DNA of 64,000 nucleotides, from IMG/VR virus record IMGVR_UViG_3300035670_000050, positions 1 to 64,000 of that record, one strand, 5' to 3'. The translations under genes and the position numbers were made by a program. Of this stretch, positions 1-7,948 are shown in pieces. Below the pieces are notes generated by a model that made no database searches, was not told the origin of the DNA, and saw only the letters and a list, made by a program, of their open reading frames with translations. This DNA comes from an uncultured virus (IMG/VR IMGVR_UViG_3300035670_000050) (taxonomy: Duplodnaviria; Heunggongvirae; Uroviricota; Caudoviricetes). Positions within the stretch are counted from its first letter, which is position 1; each line of letters opens with the position of its first letter.

Positions 1-34
1 TCTCTGTTGGTTTTCTGATTGTTGGAGGTATCTG

Positions 35-214
35 ATGGCTCGGATGTCTGAAATTTATATTGAAATCGAAGAATTGCTCATGGACGAAATGCCCGTAGAG
101 AAAATAGCAGAACAGGTTGGCGTACCTATGGCTTGGGTTTTGGATTTAAAATACACCCTAATCTCCGAGGCGAAGTTTAACGCCATCTCCGAGTCTACTG
201 CGGTTATCGGCTAA
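35..214 (+). CDS. small hypothetical protein (59 aa, MARMSEIYIE...)
   Basis: Manually translated ORF with GGAGG RBS at 24-28. Confidence 0.6.
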   Translation: MARMSEIYIEIEELLMDEMPVEKIAEQVGVPMAWVLDLKYTLISEAKFNAISESTAVIG

Positions 215-250
215 AGTAGAGTAGGGGGGTGGGGGCTGTAGTATTGGTTT

Positions 251-439
251 TAGAGTCTCATACCCACTGTATCTTAGAGTCTCATTAGAGTCTCATCGTC
301 TTTTCTATGGGTCCCAAAATAATCCCCATAGAGTCTCATATTTCCCTTTTAGAGTCTCATATAGAGTCTCATAAAAAATATTCGAATAGAGTCTCATATT
401 TGCCTCTCTCCCTGCTTGACAAATCCCCTAGAGTCTCAT
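251..439 (+). repeat. eight direct copies of TAGAGTCTCAT
   Basis: Copies start at 251, 275, 286, 329, 350, 362, 387 and 429; irregular spacing. Confidence 0.95.
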
Positions 440-444
440 ATAAT
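416..444 (+). promoter_or_regulatory. sigma70-type early promoter
   Basis: TTGACA-17 bp-TATAAT, perfect consensus. Confidence 0.85.
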
Positions 445-477
445 GTCTGTGTGCCCTATGAAGAAAAGGAATCTATA

Positions 478-660
478 ATGAAACCCAAAGAATTATTAAC
501 AGTAGCTGAAGATTACGCTACTATGAAAGGTGATACAAAATGGTTCTCTGAAACCTTTAGTACTTTTCGTGAATCTTACAATGTACGGAAGAGTGTAGAA
601 TTAACCCTTCTTTACATGTACGGTGAAGATACTTGTGAAATGCTTATAGGAGAAAAGTAA
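478..660 (+). CDS. hypothetical protein (MKPKELL...)
   Basis: AAGGA RBS upstream of ATG 478; downstream of the promoter. Confidence 0.7.
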   Translation: MKPKELLTVAEDYATMKGDTKWFSETFSTFRESYNVRKSVELTLLYMYGEDTCEMLIGEK

Positions 661-661
661 T

Positions 662-841
662 ATGAGTAAGACTAAAAAAGAAATGCAAGATGCAATGCTG
701 ATTGTTCTGAAGAATCTCAAGAAGTTTGAGGTTGAAAAAGCTGAGTTTGCTCGTAACCAGAAATTCTATGATGAGCAAAAAGAAAAGATTCAGAATATGG
801 CTTGTGAACTCTCTGGATTAATCAATGTCATGGTAAAGTAA
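662..841 (+). CDS. small hypothetical protein (MSKTKKEMQD...)
   Basis: Manually translated ORF; AGGAG RBS; abuts previous gene. Confidence 0.7.
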   Translation: MSKTKKEMQDAMLIVLKNLKKFEVEKAEFARNQKFYDEQKEKIQNMACELSGLINVMVK

Positions 842-846
842 AGAAT

Positions 847-972
847 ATGAATATTGGAAATGTCGAATGGGAAACAATATTCCCTAATACTACAAAGGTC
901 TATGTTGTCTGTGCAATTCTCTGTTCAATTTCACTAGCAATCATAGCGTTCTGTGCGTATAGTTTGGTATGA
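847..972 (+). CDS. small membrane protein
   Basis: 41-aa ORF with hydrophobic C-terminal half. Confidence 0.5.
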   Translation: MNIGNVEWETIFPNTTKVYVVCAILCSISLAIIAFCAYSLV

Positions 973-981
973 GTGTGAGCG

Positions 982-1137
982 ATGAGAGCCCTGATATATA
1001 GAAAAGACTTGTTTAAATTGCGAACTCTGGTGGATGTACAGGTACTTGCACACGGTTCACTTTGGTGTGAATGTCTGTTACCCAAGAACTGTTCAGAGGT
1101 ACTAAGGTATAATTCTGTGTGGCACGAGGTGTTATGA
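982..1137 (+). CDS. small hypothetical protein
   Basis: 51-aa ORF; ATGA overlap with next ORF. Confidence 0.45.
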   Translation: MRALIYRKDLFKLRTLVDVQVLAHGSLWCECLLPKNCSEVLRYNSVWHEVL

Positions 1138-1250
1138 TCGAGTGCTTTCTAATCGTATTCGGGGTCTTTATGGCTCTGAATACGATTCTTTCTTTGTTTC
1201 TAAGATTTAACGATTATCGAAAGGATAAAAATGAAGATCGTTATCAATAG
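1134..1250 (+). CDS. small membrane protein
   Basis: 38-aa hydrophobic ORF; GAGG RBS. Confidence 0.4.
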   Translation: MIECFLIVFGVFMALNTILSLFLRFNDYRKDKNEDRYQ

Positions 1251-1566
1251 TGATTATGGTGGGTTTGGAATGTCTGATGAAGCCATTCGTATGTACGCAG
1301 ACCTTGTAGGGTTTAAGCTCTACGAGCAAGTAGACGGTTCGTTTACTATGTTCTATCGTGATGCGGAATTGAAAGATTATTTCTTGGATTGTGATATTCC
1401 TCGGGATGACGAGAATCTGGTAAAGGTAGTGGAAGCGCTTGGGACGGCGGCAAACGGCAAGTACTCTGAACTGAAAATCGTAGAGATCCCTGATGATGTA
1501 AACTGGATGATCTGTGAAAACGATGGTCGTGAATGGGTAGCCGAGAGGCATCGCACATGGGAATGA
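1231..1566 (+). CDS. conserved phage hypothetical protein
   Basis: MKIVINxxYGGFGxS N-terminus common in phage proteins; AAGGA RBS. Confidence 0.8.
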   Translation: MKIVINSDYGGFGMSDEAIRMYADLVGFKLYEQVDGSFTMFYRDAELKDYFLDCDIPRDDENLVKVVEALGTAANGKYSELKIVEIPDDVNWMICENDGREWVAERHRTWE

Positions 1567-1793
1567 GAATCGATGGTCTGAATAGCCACCAACTGAGGAT
1601 GCTCAATACGATCTGGGCATGTCAGGATGAGGCTCAGTTTCTTTCTTGGTATATGGAACTGAGCCCGATGGAACAACTGGTTGCGGAGTCATTGATTCGC
1701 ATATTGCAGCAGGAATATCTAGAATCATATTTAATTGCGGATCCAAACTATACAGAGGCAAAAGAGATAATCGAGCGAATCAAAAGTAAGTAA
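1563..1793 (+). CDS. hypothetical protein
   Basis: ATGA-coupled start at 1563. Confidence 0.7.
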   Translation: MRIDGLNSHQLRMLNTIWACQDEAQFLSWYMELSPMEQLVAESLIRILQQEYLESYLIADPNYTEAKEIIERIKSK

Positions 1794-1864
1794 GTACTCA
1801 CTAATTTACGGTGTTGTTTTTGTGCAACAACGGGGTTGACAGATGCCTTTTTCTATGTTACAAT
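1790..1864 (+). promoter_or_regulatory. early promoter cassette with TGTTG-N8-CAACA palindrome
   Basis: GTAAGTACTCACTAAT box; palindrome 1812-1829; TTGACA 1836; TGnTACAAT ending 1864. Confidence 0.8.
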
Positions 1865-1872
1865 AGGACATA

Positions 1873-2130
1873 ATGAAAAAGGATATGAATATGTTTTCGA
1901 AGATTTACGAATTAGATAATGTTACATTAATTAAATGGGTTGCCACTTTTATTACAATATCAGGTGCAGCGTGTACGACATTATCACTTGACCCATTAAA
2001 TATTATATTATTAAATCTTGGGTCGTTTCTGTTTTTAATCTGGGGTTTTATGATTAAAGACAAAGCGATGATTGCTGTAAATAGTGGTCTTCTCTTTATT
2101 TACTTTGTCGGTATTATCGTTCGGTTATAA
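1873..2130 (+). CDS. membrane protein (3 TM)
   Basis: Three hydrophobic segments. Confidence 0.75.
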   Translation: MKKDMNMFSKIYELDNVTLIKWVATFITISGAACTTLSLDPLNIILLNLGSFLFLIWGFMIKDKAMIAVNSGLLFIYFVGIIVRL

Positions 2131-2132
2131 TC

Positions 2133-2270
2133 ATGAAAACATTTCTTCTTTTAATCACAGCGCCTTTGTGGGTTACATTTGCGGCTCTCATGGCGTTTAT
2201 TACTTTTGTTACCTATAAACTTATAATTCTATCAATATTTCTTTTTGCAGCATACATGTACATAAAATGA
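2133..2270 (+). CDS. small membrane protein
   Basis: 45-aa almost entirely hydrophobic ORF; ATGA overlap with next ORF. Confidence 0.55.
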   Translation: MKTFLLLITAPLWVTFAALMAFITFVTYKLIILSIFLFAAYMYIK

Positions 2271-2413
2271 GAATCAAAAATACCAAACCTCGTAATCTCG
2301 TAGCCAAAGATTTGCGCTCACCTAAATATCGTATGCGAGTAGCAGTAAGTGCTGTTCGTTATGATCGCAAGAAAAATAAAAAACAATTAGAAAAGGAAAT
2401 GTCTTATGGCTAA
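2267..2413 (+). CDS. small basic protein, ArfA-like
   Basis: MRIKNTKPRNLVAKDLRSPKYRMRVAVSAVRYDRKKNKKQLEKEMSYG. Confidence 0.6.
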   Translation: MRIKNTKPRNLVAKDLRSPKYRMRVAVSAVRYDRKKNKKQLEKEMSYG

Positions 2414-2786
2414 AGAAGACTACGATGGTTTTTATTTTCTACCAGGAGATGATGATGACGAATTGAATTTATCATATTTTAAATTCAAAGAAGAGTCGTT
2501 CAAAGGAAAGCCAGTGGGGTCTTCGACAGTCGGAGACATGTACCATGTGGCTTTTTTTAGCAAGGACGATCTAGGTAATCCAAAATTTGATGATACATTT
2601 GAAGCAATCTTTGCAGACCCATCGGTTTACATCAAAGGATTGGTTGGATCGAATATTTACGGTTGTATTTTACGAAAAACTGAAAAATCACAAGAATGGT
2701 TTGATGAATATCTGGAGCGTGCATTGACAAAATTGCATGCTGTAAGACTAATTGACAATTTAAAGGCGATAGCCGATTCAAAATGA
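2406..2786 (+). CDS. hypothetical protein
   Basis: ORF with AAGGA RBS. Confidence 0.75.
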   Translation: MAKEDYDGFYFLPGDDDDELNLSYFKFKEESFKGKPVGSSTVGDMYHVAFFSKDDLGNPKFDDTFEAIFADPSVYIKGLVGSNIYGCILRKTEKSQEWFDEYLERALTKLHAVRLIDNLKAIADSK

Positions 2787-2793
2787 GGAAAAA

Positions 2794-3084
2794 ATGGAAA
2801 AAGATTTGAAATTTTTGCCGTTTGAGACGAAAAAAGATAAAAAATGGTTCATTGGACTGCTCAAAGACGGTCCAGTGACGATTTCTTTTGTCAAAAAAGA
2901 TGGATCCGAACGAAAAATGACTTGTACTCTTGCAGAATCGAAAATTCCTGAAGAAAAATTGCCAAAAAACACAGGAAAAGTAAAATCCGATGATGCTCAG
3001 CCGGTTTTTGATCTCGAAAAACAAGAATGGCGGTCGTTTCGTTGGGACTCAATGACTGGATTTAAATTTTATCTAGGAGAATAG
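2794..3084 (+). CDS. WYL_2/SH3 beta-barrel (DUF2693-like) protein
   Basis: FxKKDGSERxMxCTL...VFDLEKxEWRSFRWD motif. Confidence 0.75.
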   Translation: MEKDLKFLPFETKKDKKWFIGLLKDGPVTISFVKKDGSERKMTCTLAESKIPEEKLPKNTGKVKSDDAQPVFDLEKQEWRSFRWDSMTGFKFYLGE

Positions 3085-3121
3085 ACTAAATAGAGTCAAA
3101 ATGGGAGATTTTTAACTTAGC

Positions 3122-6013
3122 ATGACAACACAAGACTTTAGAATACCAAACAGAGCCACTGGAGTAGGAATTGCCAACACAAATATCAGTTTTGCAGACA
3201 TACAAACTGAATTTGGTGGTGCAAATCCAATAGGTTTAACTGAGTACTATTCGGGAGGCCCCTATGTCCCTACAGGTGTGAGTGGATATAGGGGTAATGT
3301 GCCTTCTAGTGGCGCAATTTCAGCACTTGATTTAGCAAGAGTTGATTTGGTTGGTATTTTCACAAGAAAATGGACTAGTTCAGCATCATTAGATACACCT
3401 GTTGGTGCGATTAATGATAATGGATTATTTTTCTTTAGTTCTACAATGTATGATACCAGTTTACAAGCATGGATGATGCCAACTGCCGTATTTGATCGTG
3501 ATGGACAAGAGTTATGGTCAATTAAGACAAATCTTAGTGGCGGTGGGGCTGGTACTACAAAATATATTCATACAACTTCTTTTAGTACTTCTAGTAATAA
3601 TTTTGTTGTTGGTGGTTATGATGAAAAAGCAAATACGAGTGATCGTGCTAGAGCATATCTGTTAGAATATGATGCTGGTTTTACGGATGTTCTTCATCGC
3701 CGTATACAACACAACACACTCTCTTTTAACAATGTTCACTGGACCAAAGATAAAAATAATGACGATGTTTATATGATTGCTACGCATGATGCAAGTGTAA
3801 ACGAACTTATTATTGTTAAATTTAATGGTCCAATTTCCAGTATTACTAGTTCATCTTCTATAGCTTGGGCAAGAAGATATCCATATAAGAATATAACTGG
3901 AAGTGTATTTTATCCAATACAAATTACTAAAATTAGTAGTTTCATTCATGAACCAGTTAGAAATCGTATATATGTGTCCATGATAGCAAATAATAACCCA
4001 ATATCAACTGGAGCTTTAAATAAGACTAGTGTATTAGTGATGGGTATTAATGCTGGAACTGGTGTAATTGAAAAATATGGTTTTGAATATCGTGGTGGAA
4101 CTTATCCGTCAACCACTTCAACTACTATTGATTATTATGAGATGGTACTGACTACTTCAGATTCAGAAGGTGCTGTTTATGGTAGTCAAGTTGAATATTT
4201 CAATAATGTTGATTTTTACACTGAAGCTTCTTATCATTGTAAATTTATGATGAATGGTTCTGGAGATCCTAATTCTACTGTTCGTGATGGTTATGAGATG
4301 TCAGCTGGATGGGTAGATGACACCACTTCATATGCTCAAACTTCTGGTCCTTTTTGGAGTCCTGAACCAAATACTTGGGATACCTTTAGAATACCAAAAG
4401 CGGCTTTTATTGTTGATGAAAATAGTCCAATACGTTTTACTGATGTTATATACAGAGAACCTGGTGATAATGGTCAAGTTTTGAATTTATTTTCTCAGTT
4501 ATTACAACCAGAAAATGAAACTTTACCAGTTACTGGTGGAAGAATAATTGTTGCGGATCTTAATGCTAAAAATACCACAGTTGGTGACGGTTCTGGACTT
4601 GCTAGTTGGTATGCAAGGGACAATACCTATACTGAAACCAATATGTTTTTAGATTTATATAATTATTGCTCGGCATTTCAACAGAGAACTAATAAGAAAA
4701 GAATTGGATTAGCTGCAACTTCTAAAACAAAAACTGGCACTAAAAATGATTTGATATTGACTATTATGCCAACATTAACAGAGATCGATTATTATCTCAC
4801 AAATGTTTGGTACCAAAAAGTTGGAGACCCTCCAAGATGGCCTGATCCACAAGCAAGATATGGTGATCAAATTTATGGTAATGTGACATATAAGACAATA
4901 TCAAACTATATGTATGATAGTGCTATAGTTTTGTATACGCCAAGTGGACTTACACAAAGAGAAGTAGAACCAGTTTATATGGATCCAAATGAATTTTCTG
5001 TGACACCAAGAACATGGTTGGGATGGTCTACTTCACAGGGTAATCCAATTACTAAGACAGCATCATATCCAAATACGACATATACTACGGCTCCTTCTTC
5101 ATCTACAAGTGAATACTATACAATAACTACAAATCAACAAGAATTGAATTTGAGAAATTGGTTGTTGGCACAAGGTTGGAATGGAGTTAACCCTGTATAT
5201 GTGACAGTCAATTCTGGTGTTTACATTTGGAGTGATAACACCTCTGTTCCAGCATTAACTATTGATGGTAATTTTCCAAACGGATTAGTGATAGAAAACT
5301 ATGGGTATATAATGGGTAGAGGAGGTAATGCTGGAAATGCTGGAAATGCTGTTCCTAGTCTTCAGAATGTTGCTGGTCAAAATGGTGGGCCAGCAATACT
5401 AACATCAGTTGAATTAAACATTAATAGTTCAAATGGATATATTGGAGGCGGTGGTGGAGGAGGTGCATCATATATAAACGACGTAAATGGCTATACCGTT
5501 GGTGGAGGCGGTGGTCAAGGTGGTGGTATTGGCGGAGTTGGTTATTTTTCTGGCAATTTTGCACAAGGTGGTGCTGGTGGATCAATTGGTAATTCTGGTG
5601 CAAACGGAACTGCCGTTTCTGGTCCAGATTTCAATATATTTGGAGGTGGCGGTGGCGGTAGAGTATTTCCTGGAGTTGGAGCTCCAGCAGTAACTAACCA
5701 ACAAGGTGGTGGTATTGGTGGAACAGGTGGAGGATCTGGTGCTTGTTCTTTAGCTTTTAACGTAACTCCCAAATCAAGTGGAGCCGGAGGTTCTGCTGGT
5801 GTAGCTGGAGGTAGTCCTTTGGTATACAAAAATGTTTATCCACACGGTGGTGCTGGAGGTGGTGGATTTGGTGCTGCTGGTGGGGGAATCTCTTTTAACA
5901 ACAGTGAAACACCAGCAAGTTCTGGTGGGCCATCTATACAAACAATTAACGGCGTTACAGTAACTTGGATTGGGGGTTTCCCAACTAATCGTGTTTTTGG
6001 AGCAGTAGTATGA
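3122..6013 (+). CDS. tail fibre/adhesin with gp38-like glycine-rich C-terminus
   Basis: IMGRGGNAG and repeated GGGGGG motifs as in T-even gp38 adhesins; CTAAATA late motif at 3086. Confidence 0.7.
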   Translation: MTTQDFRIPNRATGVGIANTNISFADIQTEFGGANPIGLTEYYSGGPYVPTGVSGYRGNVPSSGAISALDLARVDLVGIFTRKWTSSASLDTPVGAINDNGLFFFSSTMYDTSLQAWMMPTAVFDRDGQELWSIKTNLSGGGAGTTKYIHTTSFSTSSNNFVVGGYDEKANTSDRARAYLLEYDAGFTDVLHRRIQHNTLSFNNVHWTKDKNNDDVYMIATHDASVNELIIVKFNGPISSITSSSSIAWARRYPYKNITGSVFYPIQITKISSFIHEPVRNRIYVSMIANNNPISTGALNKTSVLVMGINAGTGVIEKYGFEYRGGTYPSTTSTTIDYYEMVLTTSDSEGAVYGSQVEYFNNVDFYTEASYHCKFMMNGSGDPNSTVRDGYEMSAGWVDDTTSYAQTSGPFWSPEPNTWDTFRIPKAAFIVDENSPIRFTDVIYREPGDNGQVLNLFSQLLQPENETLPVTGGRIIVADLNAKNTTVGDGSGLASWYARDNTYTETNMFLDLYNYCSAFQQRTNKKRIGLAATSKTKTGTKNDLILTIMPTLTEIDYYLTNVWYQKVGDPPRWPDPQARYGDQIYGNVTYKTISNYMYDSAIVLYTPSGLTQREVEPVYMDPNEFSVTPRTWLGWSTSQGNPITKTASYPNTTYTTAPSSSTSEYYTITTNQQELNLRNWLLAQGWNGVNPVYVTVNSGVYIWSDNTSVPALTIDGNFPNGLVIENYGYIMGRGGNAGNAGNAVPSLQNVAGQNGGPAILTSVELNINSSNGYIGGGGGGGASYINDVNGYTVGGGGGQGGGIGGVGYFSGNFAQGGAGGSIGNSGANGTAVSGPDFNIFGGGGGGRVFPGVGAPAVTNQQGGGIGGTGGGSGACSLAFNVTPKSSGAGGSAGVAGGSPLVYKNVYPHGGAGGGGFGAAGGGISFNNSETPASSGGPSIQTINGVTVTWIGGFPTNRVFGAVV

Positions 6014-6474
6014 TACAGAGACTTTCTTTAGATTTCTTAAAAGATAATGGAGTTTGTGATGAAGCTTATGAATGGACTAAAAATACATTTCAACTTGATT
6101 TTGAATATAGTCCGTACATAGATTGGGATTATGGTAGAAATGTTTTATTAGAATATATAGAAGCTAATCCACAAAGTACAACTGGGTGGTTAGAATGGTT
6201 TGATAAACTTAAAAAAAGTAAAGAGTATGTTTATTACAATGGAGAGCAAGTAACGATGTTAGAAAAATATCAAGTTTTTAATCCTATTACTGGAATGTAT
6301 ACTACATATGAAACTGAAAGTGAAATGCGCCAAAGTATAGTTGATGTTGTTAAACAAACTTTGGAAACTATGCAACCAAGAGTTGCTAAAGAGATTCAAA
6401 ATGAGAATGGAGATTCTGCTTGGGTTCCATTAAATTTGTTGGATATAGTTCAGATAACTTCAGAAGATCAATAA
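6010..6474 (+). CDS. hypothetical protein (tail fibre associated)
   Basis: Translationally coupled to the adhesin gene. Confidence 0.65.
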   Translation: MIQRLSLDFLKDNGVCDEAYEWTKNTFQLDFEYSPYIDWDYGRNVLLEYIEANPQSTTGWLEWFDKLKKSKEYVYYNGEQVTMLEKYQVFNPITGMYTTYETESEMRQSIVDVVKQTLETMQPRVAKEIQNENGDSAWVPLNLLDIVQITSEDQ

Positions 6475-6483
6475 GGAAATTAT

Positions 6484-6969
6484 ATGAGATTTTTTGCTAA
6501 AATAGATTCTAATGATAATGTATTGGAGTATCCAGTACCTGAAGGAATCTTGATTAAAGAGTATCCAGAGATAGCTAAAGTAGATGAAAATTTAGATAAA
6601 TTTTATGATGAAACTAAACCTTTGCCTAGTGGATATGTTTTAGTTCATCATTTACAAATAGAATATGATTGGATTGAATACGAATATAGTGAGGGTGTTC
6701 CAACTAAAGGTGATGATGGCAAATGGTATAAGAATCATGTTCCCACTCCACGATCTCCAGAGAGTAGACAAGAAATGCTCGATTATAAATCAAGTGAAGT
6801 GAGGAAGAAGAGAGACGAATTATTGGCAAAATCAGATTGGACTGTTATGCCGGATTCTCCTATTCCAGATGCCATTAAACAACAATGGATTGAATACCGA
6901 AAATTTTTAAGAGAAATACCTCAACAATCGGAATTCCCAAAGATAGTGAATTGGCCTATTCAACCGTAA
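6484..6969 (+). CDS. phage tail fibre assembly chaperone
   Basis: C-terminal RxxRDxLLxxSDWT...WxxYRxxLRxIPQQxxFPxxVxWP. Confidence 0.85.
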   Translation: MRFFAKIDSNDNVLEYPVPEGILIKEYPEIAKVDENLDKFYDETKPLPSGYVLVHHLQIEYDWIEYEYSEGVPTKGDDGKWYKNHVPTPRSPESRQEMLDYKSSEVRKKRDELLAKSDWTVMPDSPIPDAIKQQWIEYRKFLREIPQQSEFPKIVNWPIQP

Positions 6970-6998
6970 TTATTTTTGGCAAACATGAAAAAAGACGC

Positions 6999-7027
6999 TT
7001 GACTTTTACTAAATACAGTGATACACT
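6999..7027 (+). promoter_or_regulatory. sigma70 promoter of the tRNA array with nested late motif
   Basis: TTGACT-17-TACACT with extended TG; CTAAATA in the spacer. Confidence 0.7.
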
Positions 7028-7036
7028 TATAAAACT

Positions 7037-7153
7037 ATGAAAACTTCCTTACATTTCACTACAATTACTCTCAAGGCCAGTGCAACAGGCACATGGCAGG
7101 CAGAGTATCGCTCACCAAATTGCAATTTTAGTGATATTGGGGGGTTTGCGTAA
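7037..7153 (+). CDS. putative attenuator leader peptide (38 aa)
   Basis: MKTSLHFTTITLKASATGTWQAEYRSPNCNFSDIGGFA*; 3' end overlaps the antiterminator strand. Confidence 0.6.
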   Translation: MKTSLHFTTITLKASATGTWQAEYRSPNCNFSDIGGFA

Positions 7154-7177
7154 AAATAGTTTTAATCGTTTTTCACA

Positions 7178-7216
7178 CAAACCCCCGAACCTAAAAAATT
7201 CGGGGGTTTTTGTTTT
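7178..7216 (+). terminator. intrinsic terminator (attenuator)
   Basis: AAACCCCCGAA/TTCGGGGGTTT stem followed by a T-tract. Confidence 0.85.
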
Positions 7217-7217
7217 C

Positions 7218-7243
7218 CGCTCTTTAAAAATTTGTGTTGTTTA
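7218..7243 (+). promoter_or_regulatory. boxA-like antitermination site
   Basis: CGCTCTTTAAAAATTT resembles rrn boxA; 23-mer repeated at 7841-7863. Confidence 0.65.
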
Positions 7244-7245
7244 TT

Positions 7246-7323
7246 AGGGGATTAGCCAAGCTGGTCTAAGGCATCGGATTTTGAATCCGACATTCACTGG
7301 TTCGAATCCAGTATCCCCCACCA
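7246..7323 (+). tRNA. tRNA-Gln(UUG)
   Basis: Cloverleaf, TTG anticodon, encoded CCA. Confidence 0.9.
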
Positions 7324-7325
7324 AT

Positions 7326-7420
7326 CCTTGGATAGTTTAATGGTAAAACTCCGAGCTTATACCTCGGCGATGCCTCTAGATGAGGGGATGATCTAGGTTC
7401 GAATCCTAGTCCAAGGACCA
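7326..7420 (+). tRNA. tRNA-Ile(UAU) with long variable arm
   Basis: CCGAG-CT TAT AC-CTCGG anticodon arm; ~25-nt variable region; CCA. Confidence 0.75.
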
Positions 7421-7493
7421 TATGAAAGCACATTGTAGGGGTTGCTCCCGCACAAGATACCATGGCTCTACTTGGCAATGTGTTTCCATATGG
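7418..7493 (+). ncRNA. inverted-repeat clamp element 1
   Basis: CCATATGAAAGCACATTG...CAATGTGTTTCCATATGG. Confidence 0.65.
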
Positions 7494-7583
7494 AAGTGTG
7501 GCAGAGTCCGGTTTATTGCAACAGTCTTGAAAACTGTCGGTCATGAAAGTGGCCCGTGAGTTCGAATCTCACCGCTTCCACCA
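7492..7583 (+). tRNA. tRNA-Ser(UGA)
   Basis: Class II cloverleaf, CCA. Confidence 0.92.
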
Positions 7584-7587
7584 ATTC

Positions 7588-7677
7588 GGAGAATGGGCAG
7601 GATGGTAATGCAGCGGATTGCTAATCCGTAGATTCTAGAAATAGGGTCACAGGGTTCGACTCCCTGATTCTCCACCA
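7588..7677 (+). tRNA. tRNA-Ser(GCU)
   Basis: Class II cloverleaf, CCA. Confidence 0.92.
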
Positions 7678-7682
7678 GTTAT

Positions 7683-7760
7683 AGTACGGTACCAGAGCGG
7701 TCTAATGGCGGAGCCTGCAAAACTCTTGATTCGTCGGTTCGAATCCGACCCGTACTTCCA
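7683..7760 (+). tRNA. tRNA-Cys(GCA)
   Basis: GCA anticodon, U73 discriminator, CCA. Confidence 0.88.
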
Positions 7761-7763
7761 CTC

Positions 7764-7816
7764 TGTTGTTTTTTTACAACAGTAGTAGTTGACAATTCGT
7801 AGGTTTAGTGTATAAT
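7764..7816 (+). promoter_or_regulatory. early promoter cassette driving the second tRNA block
   Basis: TGTTG-N8-CAACA; TTGACA-16-TATAAT. Confidence 0.8.
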
Positions 7817-7837
7817 GATCTACATGATGTGATGAAT

Positions 7838-7863
7838 TGTTCTTTAAAAATTTGTGTTGTTTA
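7838..7863 (+). promoter_or_regulatory. boxA-like antitermination site
   Basis: TGTTCTTTAAAAATTTGTGTTGTTTA. Confidence 0.65.
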
Positions 7864-7866
7864 CTT

Positions 7867-7943
7867 GCACCGTTCGTCTAGCGGCCTAGGACATCTCCCT
7901 TTCACGGAGAAGATCAGGGGTTCAAATCCCCTACGGTGTACCA
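7867..7943 (+). tRNA. tRNA-Glu(UUC)
   Basis: Cloverleaf, CCA. Confidence 0.92.
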
Positions 7944-7948
7944 AATAC

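Noticed and set aside
251..439. CRISPR array interpretation of the 11-bp repeats
   Set aside because: Repeats are too short, with irregular 0-32 bp gaps.
307..477. N-terminal extension of ORF 307..660 with ESH repeats
   Set aside because: It is a translation of the TAGAGTCTCAT DNA repeats; the promoter and RBS point to a start at 478.
5421..5829. His- and Pro-rich antisense ORFs in the adhesin gene
   Set aside because: They mirror GGT/GGA glycine codons.
3122..6013. Diversity-generating retroelement targeting the adhesin
   Set aside because: No reverse transcriptase or template/variable repeat pair was seen in the window.
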